NCBI GenBank assembly: GCA_943704425.1 | Contig: CALSCP010001890.1 | Span: 20,656 to 84,655 of the forward strand | Source of the DNA: Ministeria vibrans ATCC 50519 | Taxonomy: Eukaryota > Protista > Filasterea | Length of the DNA stretch: 64,000 nt | Direction of reading: 5' to 3' | In this document: piece by piece, positions 52,659 through 64,000 of the stretch | How the letters are laid out: the number at the start of each line of letters is the position of its first letter | Position numbering within the stretch: the stretch's first letter is position 1 | Made by a program: the position numbers and the translations under genes | The notes under the pieces: model-generated | What the model was told of the DNA's origin: nothing | Seen by the model: the letters and a program-made list of their open reading frames with translations, nothing else | The model's database searches: none

Positions 52659-55600
52659 CTACTGTGCGTCTTTGAGGCGAGCAACCAGTTCGGCCTTGAG
52701 ACCCTTTGTAGAGAGTCCGCGCTCTTCCAGTGCCACACGCAGCTTGGCCACCGTCATTGCGCCAATCTCTTTGTCACTCAAAATCGGCGCGGCATTTGTG
52801 CTTGACGCTGCCTCCTTCGCCTCATCCTCTTCCTCTGCCGTTTTCTCTGCCTTTTCACTACTTTCGGGCTTCTCTGTCTTCTTTTCTGTCTTCTTCTTCA
52901 GCGGGCTCTTCTTTGTCTTCTTTGGCGACACCGGTGCCTCGTCGCTAGTCTCCATGGGAACACTTACGGAGTCTTCCGCATCCTGCCTCTGTCGCTTGGC
53001 CGAGGGCTCTTCGCTGGCATCCGCAGTAGTGGAGGGCTCCTGCGCGGTGGATGCAACGCTCTCCGCCGTGCTACTCGTCGTCACTTCTTCGGGCTCCTTC
53101 CTCTTGCGACTTCCACTCTTGTCCTCCGGGTGCAATGTCACAGCAAACTCCGACGACCCTTGCTCGTCGTCGTCGTCTACTTCGACAAGGTCGTCGGGAA
53201 TAGGTGCCCCTGCTTCGGCCTCATCGTCGGCATCCACGTCAGTGGGGCGTGCACTGACAGGGATCAGGCCGGGCGGTGGTGGGCGCGCCGTGTGCTTTTG
53301 GCGCGCACCGGGCACAAGCACGTTGCACATGGTCGGCATGTCGGCGACCGAGACAACCGACGATGCGTCTGGACGCGTCCCTACTGGTCGACGGCCGTCG
53401 ACGGGGGTACCAAACGACTCGGTGGGCACCAGCTCGAGTTGAGTGGGACGTTCGAGAAGACGCGACAGGGCCGGCTGCAATTCGTGACAGCCGTTGAAGA
53501 GGGACGCACGCCCAAAAACGTAGAGGCCAAGGCGCGCACGCGAGAGAGCCACAACAAGACGACGGACGTCGCGCACATGACCGACGGCGGAGGTGCGCAC
53601 AAGTGAAAGCAGGACAAAGTCATTCTGACTGCCCTGGTACTTGTCAACAGTCGAGATGGCGGCGGGCATGCCGATGAGGGGGTCGGGACGGCAGCGAGCA
53701 TTGACAATGTCGTACAGAAGACTCTTTTGGCCGTTGTACGTGGTGAGCATGGTGATGCGCTCGGCCGGGTAGCCCAGCAACCGCATGTACATAAAAACGG
53801 CGACGATATACTCCGCCTCGGCGAGGTTCTGGTAGAAATACGCCTGGGGCGTCGACTCGCCGCGGCCCTGGAAGTCGGGCACGTCGACAAACTGGTAGTC
53901 GTGAACAAAGCCCGGGTTGGCATGGAGAAACTCGGGACGCTGCTGAACGTGCGGAAGGTTGCCGAGTGAGGCATAGCGCCAGCTGTAGAGGGCAGCGATA
54001 GAGGCACGAGCACGACCCTGGGCGTCGAGGTCGACTGTGCGCACGCCGAGACGCACAAAGCGCGTGAACATGCTCTGCTCCATGTTACTGTACTTCTGGA
54101 AGGCTGTGTTCTTGATGACGGGCGGCAGTTGGTGGTGATCACCAATCATGACGACACGCTTGAGGCGGCTCTCGCCGCCCTCAGCCGGCTCCTGCAGCAC
54201 CATTGGGATGAAAGTCTCAATCTCAAGAATTTGCGCAGCTTCCTCCATAAGGAGGTTGTCGTACTGAAAGCCAAGCTCAACAAGGTCGGCACGCTTGAGA
54301 GCCGCATGGGTACACGTCATGGCAACAATGCGCGCCTCTTTCACCAGCAAGTAGTTGGTGCGGTCGTAAGAGGTGCGCAGCAGCTCGAACGCACGAAACT
54401 CCTTGAGCTCGTCAAAGATCTTCTCGAGGTAGCGGTAGCAGCCACGTGCCGTCTCGAGGTCCGTCTCGGCGGTCGCATCCGGGGCGAAGAGGGGCTGGGG
54501 AGCGTCGGAGAAGAAGGCGGCAAAGGGAAAAGCCTCGGCGACCGAGCTGGTGCCCGCGTGCATGGTCGCAAGGAACTTCTCCCAGGCGGAGACAATGTGT
54601 TGCAGGCGGAAGTAGGCGGCGGACTCGCAGGTAAACTCGAGATCGCCCTTGACCTGAAGCGACTCGGCAAGACGACGCACTTCGGCAAGCAGCTGCAGAC
54701 GGCGCTCGAGCACATAGCTCACACGACCAAATTTGCCAAAGTTCTTGTCGGTGTCCAGCTCCTCTTCGCCGCGCCCAAGACGCAACAGGTGACGCTCGTC
54801 GACGTCGAGAGCCATGATCTTCTCAAAGAGCTGATTGAGAGCCTGGTTGCTGTGCGTCACAAGCAGGATGCGCTGGTTCGGGAAGTTGTGGTACCAGTTG
54901 GAGATGATCTGCACGGCGACGTCTGTCTTTCCCGTGCCCGGTGGACCCACCACGACGGACAGGCCCGGGTGCATAGCGGCGCGCACAGCCTCAATTTGGG
55001 TCGGCGTAAAGCGCACCTGGTTGCGACGCACCTGATTGCGCGGGTACGGTCCACGATTCACCAGAGGCACATGCGACACGGTGAGCGTCTCTTCCTTGGG
55101 GCCGTCCGCACTGAAGGCCACGTGAAAGGGCGGTGCCACAGCAGTGTCTGAGGCACTCCGAAGGACCACATCGGCGTTGGGGAAACTCTCACGGAGGTGA
55201 TCAATGTCGAGAAAGGTGTCGTTGAAGTTGAGAGCAGGAACGCGACGGGGTCGCAGTGCATCGCTGGCGTAGTGTACGTCGGCGGGATCGCCGTAGCCCA
55301 GAAAGACGTCGTGAAGCCAGTCGGGAACGACGACAGAACGCGAATTCATGAGCGAGCGGATCGTGTCAAGCACCGCCTTGAAGTTGTTCTCCTTGGGCTG
55401 GCGGCGCACCACAACGTTGAAGGTTTCGTGAACGTCTTCGGCGTCGTCCATGGCGGACGCCTGCACGTCCATCTCGTACTGACTGGCATCGAGCCAACAG
55501 CGAATGGCAAGTTCGCTGCCGGAGCGCCGAGGGGGTTCGCTAAAGGGCTTCTCTTCGACAATATTGCCATCGTCGTCGAGCAGACCGAGCACTTCGCAGC

Positions 55601-57953
55601 CGCGGACGTATGTAACGCCTGTCTGTTCCATAAAGGTCCCTGCCGCATCCGACGCCTGACCAGGAACGGGACCCCCGCCAAGACGCTGCGTAGCGCGTAC
55701 CGTGACAAGAAAGAGCACGTCGTGTTTGCGCAGTTTGAGCCACTCGAGACGCGACTGGGCACGCAAGAGGTTCATGTCGAGGGTGACGTCGACGAGCACG
55801 GACGCCGGACGCGACTCGCCCAAGTTGGGCTTGCGCACCTGAGCGACCGTAAAGCGTGCAATGGGCGCGGCCATGCGAGCCCAGCCTTGAAAGAGAGTTT
55901 CGCCGGCATCATCGACACGAGGCTGCAGACGCTGCACGGCGTCCTCAATGTCACCGCGGATCTCGTAGGTGCTCTCGAGACGAAACAGGTTGAGGTTGCG
56001 CAGGAGGTAGTCCTGAAGCGTGAGAAATTGCAGGTGGAGCTTGGGCAGTGCAAGACACCGTTCGCCAGCGTAAAAGTCGCTGGGAAGGTTCTCGTCCCAG
56101 AGCATTGTCTCGGTTGGATAGAGGGGCATCTGGTTGATAGCCTCTGTCTGACTGAGACGGCGCTCATACCGCTCGATGAAGAGTTCGAGGAGGAAGGCAC
56201 GCGAAAGGCTCTCGTCGGGATCGTCATCGAGATGAAGAGCGCGCGCGAGGGTGCGCAACTTGGTGTCGTCGACGTGCTCGAGTTGTTCGAGCAAGTGAGC
56301 GCGTGTGTCCACTGAGGCGACGCTGGCGAGGGAGAAGGCGCGCAGTTTGGGGTCTGCGTCGCGAAAGCAGAGGCGCTGCAGGCGGCGCATGGCGTCGTAG
56401 TGACGCTGTGTCATGACGGCGTCCGACAGTGCCTCGCCCGTGATGTCGTCAATCTCAAAGCCAACGTAGAACTTGAGAATCATGAGGAGCTGGGCAAAAA
56501 GGGTGCCTGAGGGCGAGGAAACGAGCAAGGAGAGACGACAGCGCAACACAAGATGTTCCGCGTCAAAGAGTGTGTTGACGTAGCGACGGGTGGGTGTCTG
56601 CGCAACAAGATCAATGGCGAGTTCAAGGAAGCGCTCGACAAAGCGCAATTGATGGACACCATCGCGACTGGCGATGGTCCCGGATTCGAGTGCACTGTCG
56701 AGCGCAGCCAGTGTGTTGAAGAAACGCGCACAGAGTGCATGCAAGAAGCCCATTTGAAGGTCGCGAGTGGCACGAGCCGCCTTGTCTAGTTTCCCCAGAC
56801 GTTTCTGGATGCCATTCCAGGTTTTCTGCAGCTTGGGCGCGTGCGCAAACTCGTCGGCACGACGACCCTCCGAAATGTGCGTCCAGATGGGCAACGAGAC
56901 GAGATGCTGGACATTGGCACGTACCGCGTCCGTCTCGAGACTGTTAAAGGCGTGTGTAAAGAAGTGTACGAGGAACACATGCTCTTGCATGGAGACGGGG
57001 CTGTCGAGGGCCGACAAGAGACGCACGGCGTTGACAAACAGCGCGGCAAAGGCATCGGGCGACGACGCAAAGATGGGCCAGGCCGGGATGGATTCCTTGA
57101 ACTTTTGTACAACCATAAGCACCACACTCATGGTGTGTTCGGTGCTGGAGGTGGGAGTGTAGTGGGGCCACAGGTAGCGCTCGAGGTAGTGCGAAAATTC
57201 AAGTTGAGTCGTGACCTAACAATTAAAAGAAAGCACACGCGTTGAGCGAGTGTTGTCGTCTGCCTCGTCCGTCGACTTACCCTGGCTGAGAAGTTGGATA
57301 CTTTGATGTGATCGGTGTAGATGGCGTTGACGAGGGCGGGCTTGAATTTGGATGTGGACGTGAGCGACCAGTGTTGGGCGGCCATCGCTTCAAGAGCGCC
57401 GAGAGCCTCATCGGCCGCCGACGGGGCCTTGGACGCCGATGGAGTGGCTGCAGTGGTGCGGGTGGAGGAGGATGACGCGGAGGAGGAAGTGGCAGGCTTG
57501 CTGTGTTTCGAGGGACGCTTGTCTTTGCGATGTGCGTTGTACGGACGTTTCTCCAAGGTTGAAACATCGACTGGCAGAAAAAACGGAAAATGGGGGGGGA
57601 ATAAGGATGAGAAGGTGCTGATGAAGGAAGGAAGGAGATAGGCGCACACGGCAGAGGCATTGCTGAACGAGCGTGCATTTGGTTTTTTTTCTGTTTTTTT
57701 TTTTTGTCTTTTTTTCTTCTCTCAATCTGCGATTCGTTTACCTCCTGCTGCTGCGGCAGCCGCGACAAGATCCGATGGGTTGGCATCTCGGGCAATGTCA
57801 CGTCGAGCGCCAGCCGAGGACACTCTAAAGAGCGGTAGAGGGGTCAGAAGGAGAACGGAGGGAAAGAGTTATGGTGTGAATCAGTCGCGGTGCGTCTTGG
57901 TTGGGGGAGGTGCCGTGGATGTGTGTGTACCTGTGTCCGGTGGGGCGGGGCAT
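52659..57953 (-). CDS. AQR: RNA helicase Aquarius (intron-binding complex) with C-terminal SAP domain; first exons MPRPTGHR|VSSAGARR...
   Basis: LALPKLHLQFLTLQDYLLRNLNLFRLESTYEIR; VVGPPGTGKTDVAVQ; MEEAAQILEIETF; IGDHHQLPP; TVDKYQGSQND. Confidence 0.97.
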
Positions 57954-58137
57954 GTCAAAAATGTGATGATTGTGATTGGTGTTATATTCATTTTTGGCAT
58001 TGTGTGTGTGATCAGTCTTCGATCAGTCATCGATGACTGTATTGATTGATTATTTAATGTGCGATCAAGTCTCTCGCTATGTGTCTCTCGGTGTTTAATG
58101 TATAATACAGAACAGTGAACATGGGATGCCGGCGTGC

Positions 58138-58713
58138 CTACACGTTGTACTTGGCCTTCATCGCATCAATCTCCGCTCGCTTCTTTTCCACATCCATCTT
58201 CTCAAATTGTCTACAAGGCGGGAATTAGAACGGCGAGAGACACACTCCAAGCGGTACTTGTTCGCCTGGTAGTAGAGGACAACGAGGTAGCGGCCGAGCA
58301 CGTTGAAGCCGTTCAAATGTTCGCAGGCAGCCTTGGCCTCGTAGATGTCGTCGTACACGACAAACGCCGTGCCCTTGGTCTCCTTTGCCGATCCAATGCG
58401 AACCTAGAGGGGTGGTGGCGGGGTGAGCGGCGTGAGGGGGTGCGTGGGGGGCCGCTGGGGGAGCAGCAGCGACGTTTGACGACAACGCAACGACGTTGAC
58501 GAGAAAGACAGGCGCCGCTGCGAGCATTCGCCATGCGCACATCCACCGTACCTGTCTAATGCACCCGTACTTGCCAAAGACGTCGTAGATTTCCGCCGGT
58601 GTAATGTTGTAACTGAGATTCTTCACGAGCAAGACACGGTTGACTTCGGGTGCGAGGCGCTTTCCTCTTTGTGCGTCGGCTGCAAGAGCACCCCCGGCAC
58701 CTACTGCGGCCAT
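58138..58713 (-). CDS. SF3B6: Splicing factor 3B subunit 6 (p14), RRM; 3 exons
   Basis: [20 protein letters not shown]...FGKYGCIRQ|VRIG...[36 protein letters not shown]. Confidence 0.96.
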
Positions 58714-58894
58714 GCTGACAATATTATTAGTAATAAAAGAAGTGATAAGTGAAAAGACAGAAAAGTGATTACTGACTACAAATTGATCATTCTAATAAAA
58801 TAATTATAGTATCGAATGACTAATCTAGAACTAATCTATTCATCACTCAAGTTCGTTCTTGTTAACTTTATTGCGTGCAACTCGCTTCGACATC

Positions 58895-60700
<1,806 letters not shown>

Positions 60701-60725
60701 CTCAGCTCATACACATACAAACATA

Positions 60726-61350
60726 CTCACACAGGAAACTGGTCAAACAAAGGTTGCGTTTGAAACACGTTTGGTTCGCAAGTCGGTCGCAGGCACAGTT
60801 TGTCTGAGGGCACTTGTACCTTTGCAAAGCTCCTCGGACAGCGTGCTGTGGCGTCCTCGTCGGCCAGCGACGGCACAACCATGCTGTCGTCGCTGGATGG
60901 CGGACGTCGTTTGCCGTCAGCTGTAGTGAGGTTAGCACGCGCTGAATTTGCGTCGTATCGCTACTCTTGAAGAGAGCTTCAGGGTCGCTATTCTTCTGGG
61001 CCTTACTTTTCCTTGTGAGCTTCTATTCGGTGCCAATGATCTACACAGCGCGTGCCATCGCCGCAGTGCCGGCATTGTCTTACGCGAGACACTCATCTTG
61101 TAGTTTGCTCCTCTCCAGTACCTCTGCAACCACCGTGCTATAGTACCTTCTCGGTCGGCGTTAGTCAACCCATCTTCTCCCCCCTCGAGAGAATAGTGCG
61201 CAAGCCAGGGCGCTCGAGTGAGGGTGACAGTGACTTAGTCGCCAGCACACTCAACGACCAGTCGTTCTATTGTCTGCTGAGCGATGATTTTAGAGTAAGC
61301 GGCTGAGGCACTGAGGTAGGTAGGTGGGTCGCTTCTGCAGTTTGTTTTGT
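60726..61350 (+). ncRNA. Candidate long structured non-coding RNA with H/ACA-like 3' domain; alternatively a highly structured SDR 3' UTR
   Basis: No credible ORF; at least 8 stems whose imperfect pairs are G-U only on the + strand; hairpin-AGAGTA-hairpin arrangement near the 3' end. Confidence 0.4.
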
Positions 61351-61451
61351 AATGATACAACAGCTGGTTCACTCCCACTCTCTTTCTTCTCTCCACCCAC
61401 TCACTCCTCACCATTTACCAACGCCCTTTTTGTTGAATATATATTGCCATC

Positions 61452-62174
61452 CTAGTAATAATGATGGTGATGATGGTGCGTGCCTCCCCAGCGAGACCTC
61501 CGTCGATGTCGCTCACGCTCCTCCATCTCCGACTCTGCCACTGCACCCGCCACCACCAGAGCCGCCGCGCCCACCATAAGAATGCCCGCGCCCACCACTT
61601 TGCAGCCGTCCACCAGTGCTTTGGCCAGGGTGCTCTTGAGCGCCGGCTCTTCGCTGTCGGGTGCATTTGAGATGCGCCAGCCGAGACACGACGTGGGCAG
61701 GGGATGGTCGGGCGGTGCCAGAGACACATAAAACGAGCTTGAATTGCGCTTGTGGTCTTCGTACACAGACAAGGCCCAGCCGGCATAGCGCCCACGCGCC
61801 ATCACCAGGCGCACCGGGTCCGTTGCGCTTCCCAGCGGCTCAATAGCCCACAAGAAATTCTCAATGTTTTCGTCCGCCCTCCGCGGCACAACTGTCACCA
61901 CTCCACGGCCCTGCGCGTCCAGCGCCGCCGACGCCCCCAGTAGAGCACCCGCCAGCTCAGCGTCTGCAACGCGCGATACGGTGTACAGGGGCTGTGCGGA
62001 CGTGGTATCGCTGTACAGCGAAGTGAACCACATATTCCTCTTCTGCGGCTGTTTGTGCACCTTGACACGCTGCTCTCCAAGCGCTGTCGTGTCGCACCTC
62101 TTGGCATTGTGCGTTGTCAACAGCCAGCCTTCGCGAAAGCACGCCAGCCCAATGTGGATCGCGGGTAGTGCCAT
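61452..62174 (-). CDS. Intronless hypothetical protein, 240 aa; beta-rich N-terminal domain with a C-terminal hydrophobic helix
   Basis: ATG preceded by an AT-rich intergenic region; codon-like GC pattern; hydrophobic VVGAGILMVGAAALVVAGAVA followed by a basic/His tail. Confidence 0.7.
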   Translation of the reverse strand: MALPAIHIGLACFREGWLLTTHNAKRCDTTALGEQRVKVHKQPQKRNMWFTSLYSDTTSAQPLYTVSRVADAELAGALLGASAALDAQGRGVVTVVPRRADENIENFLWAIEPLGSATDPVRLVMARGRYAGWALSVYEDHKRNSSSFYVSLAPPDHPLPTSCLGWRISNAPDSEEPALKSTLAKALVDGCKVVGAGILMVGAAALVVAGAVAESEMEERERHRRRSRWGGTHHHHHHYY

Positions 62175-62320
62175 TTCAATTGGGTAAAAAGTAAAAACAG
62201 TGATTTGTATTTTTTTTCTCGATTTCGACGAGATTTAAAAGAATCAACTACAAAATGTGTAGTAATCAACTACAATTTTGTAATTGATTGCTTTCTTTGA
62301 CTCGACTATTCACAGTCGAC

Positions 62321-62591
62321 ATGGCTTCGGACGTGATTCTGTACGATCTGCATGTTTCCACGGAATGGATCCATGACACGTTCGTGTCGGCCAACGCTGA
62401 TCAGGCGGCCGCTCAGGTTCCATCCCGCCTTCCCCACCCCGCTTCTAACCCGCTTCCCGCTCCCCTTCTCCTCTCTCTTTCTCTCTCTCCGCCCTGCAGA
62501 CCTTTCTCGACGTCGTCAATTACGTCACTTCGACCGTACAAGGTAAACATCATTCTGTCGATGTCTCTCCTCTCTCTCTCTCTTTCTCTCG

Positions 62592-62636
<45 letters not shown>

Positions 62637-64000
62637 TCTCTCATCCTCCTACACACTCACGCACCCGTCTTCTACCCTCTCCTCCTCGCCCGCTTGCCCG
62701 TTCATGCGCGCAGGCTCCGTAACAAATGTCGTCAACGCGATCCGACCGCCAGCGCCCTTGCCCCGCAAACTACTCGCTCTCGAGGCGCTCCGGTCGCCCT
62801 GGCACATAGCGCTGGCGCCCCAAGGCGACCAGGTTGCCATTCTCTGCACCTCACACGTCGAGGTGCGCTCCGTCGACGCACCCGATGCACCGCCACGTCT
62901 CACCGTCTCCTTCGAGCCATCCGACCCCTTCCCTCAACACTGCCGCGTCGCCTGGTCGCTCGATGCCGCCTTCCTCGCCTGGACCACCACCTCGGGCGGC
63001 ATTTTTGCCAGCCAGAACACCGCCGCCCGTGCGTCCCCCGATGCCGTCCTGCTTGACTCGGCCACGCCGCACGGGCCCATATCCGCACTCTGCTTTGTGT
63101 CGCCACGCCAAGAGTCGCACCTCGCCGAACTCGTTCATGTGGACTTTGCATGTACACTGCGCACCGCCGCTATCGTTCGCGGCGCAGGTCTCGTCAACAA
63201 TGCACTGCCCTCCTTCGAGCTCTCACCCTGGTTCGACCTCATCACCGCGCTGCTCTACGACGCTGAACGACACATCCTGGTGGTAAGCGGTCAGCGCTCC
63301 GTCGGCACCCCACTCGACGCCAAACCCTTTGTCGCCTTTCGTGTCGTGCGTCAAACACCCTTCTTGGTGGCACTCGCCGAGACAGACTCCCGTCCCGCTG
63401 CCTCCCCTTCGCTCCTGTCGCGCCTCTCTCGCTCCGTCCGTCGTCGCGTTGCCAGCGAACTCCCCGACACCATCATTTCAGCGTCTCTCTCGCCCGATGG
63501 TCGCGCCGTTGCTACGGTGTCCGAGTGGGGCGCTGTCACCGTCTGGAATGTGGCCTCGGGCGACGTCCGTCGTCTCTGGTCCGCCGACATCCTCCACGAC
63601 ACTGACGCGCCGCCGTCGCCCTCGTCGGTCGCGCTCAATCCAACGTCGTCGTCACATTCGCAACAGCAAAATCAACTGCACCAACTTGCGTCGCTTGTGC
63701 CTCCCGAACGTGTCGTCCAGGTAACCTGGTGGAACGCAACGAGTCTTGTCGTTACTCGACTGTCGGGCGCCACCACCGTCTGCTCCGTTGACGAGTCCGT
63801 CCCGCGCAACCTACTTGGCGCCGATCCAGAGGTGCTCTCGCGCGGCGCTCGCACTGCTTCCACCGGCAGCGCCATCGAAGGCACCACAACTTTGTTTGCA
63901 CTGGAGCACGAGCGGCGCTGGGCGCGCTTCAATGTCGTCACTCAGTCCATGGAGCCCGTCGAAGACAGTCTCAATGCGTCGCTTGGCGACCACGACGTTC
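62321..64000 (+). CDS. NBAS: NBAS (NRZ tethering complex) N-terminal beta-propeller; truncated by the window edge
   Basis: MASDVILYDLHVSTEW; PWHIALAPQGDQVAIL...VEVRS; DPFPQHCRVAWSLDAAFLAW match the NBAS N-terminus; frame open from ~62714 to the window end. Confidence 0.85.

Noticed and set aside
60744-60753. AAACAAAG in the candidate RNA as a template for the dispersed CTTTGTTT minisatellite
   Set aside because: Only an 8-nt low-complexity match, with no complement to the TATCA part; likely chance
60702-61306. Short ORFs of 78-96 aa
   Set aside because: No domain or codon signature; RNA structure explains the region better
60726-61350. RNase P, RNase MRP, U17/snR30 or spliceosomal snRNA identity
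   Set aside because: Their conserved boxes (P4 CR-I/CR-V, m1/m2, U1/U2/U6 motifs) were not found by eye

Overview
Compact, intron-rich eukaryotic DNA: GC-rich exons, short AT-rich or microsatellite-rich introns with mostly GTAC/GTGA donors, and intergenic gaps that are often only 30-200 bp. The gene content (HACE1, GM130, NBAS, Na/K-ATPase beta subunit, giant LRR receptor kinase, DPY-30 ciliary-type protein) points to a unicellular holozoan (filasterean or choanoflagellate); this is an inference, not a species identification. About 20 protein genes were reconstructed by hand across introns, in order: eIF4G, GM130, PAN-GH3 beta-xylosidase, symplekin, HACE1, an orphan ORF, sarcosine/dimethylglycine dehydrogenase, CLN3, a DPY30-dynein-MTBD-like-TerD protein, Na/K-ATPase beta, a Rab-like GTPase-LRR-Sec6-like protein, an LRR-EGF-TKL receptor kinase, glycerate kinase, a GT92-like protein, DIS3, AQR, SF3B6, an SDR, a hypothetical protein and NBAS (truncated). 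Best leads: (1) a ~620-nt non-coding segment with many plus-strand stems and an H/ACA-like 3' end right after the SDR stop; (2) a DPY30/MTBD-like/TerD fusion with an RFX X-box in intron 1; (3) a Rab-like-LRR-Sec6-like fusion with a GC-AG intron; (4) a dispersed TATCACTTTGT minisatellite in introns of several genes. Exon boundaries and domain calls come from reading by eye and need RNA-seq and HMM confirmation.
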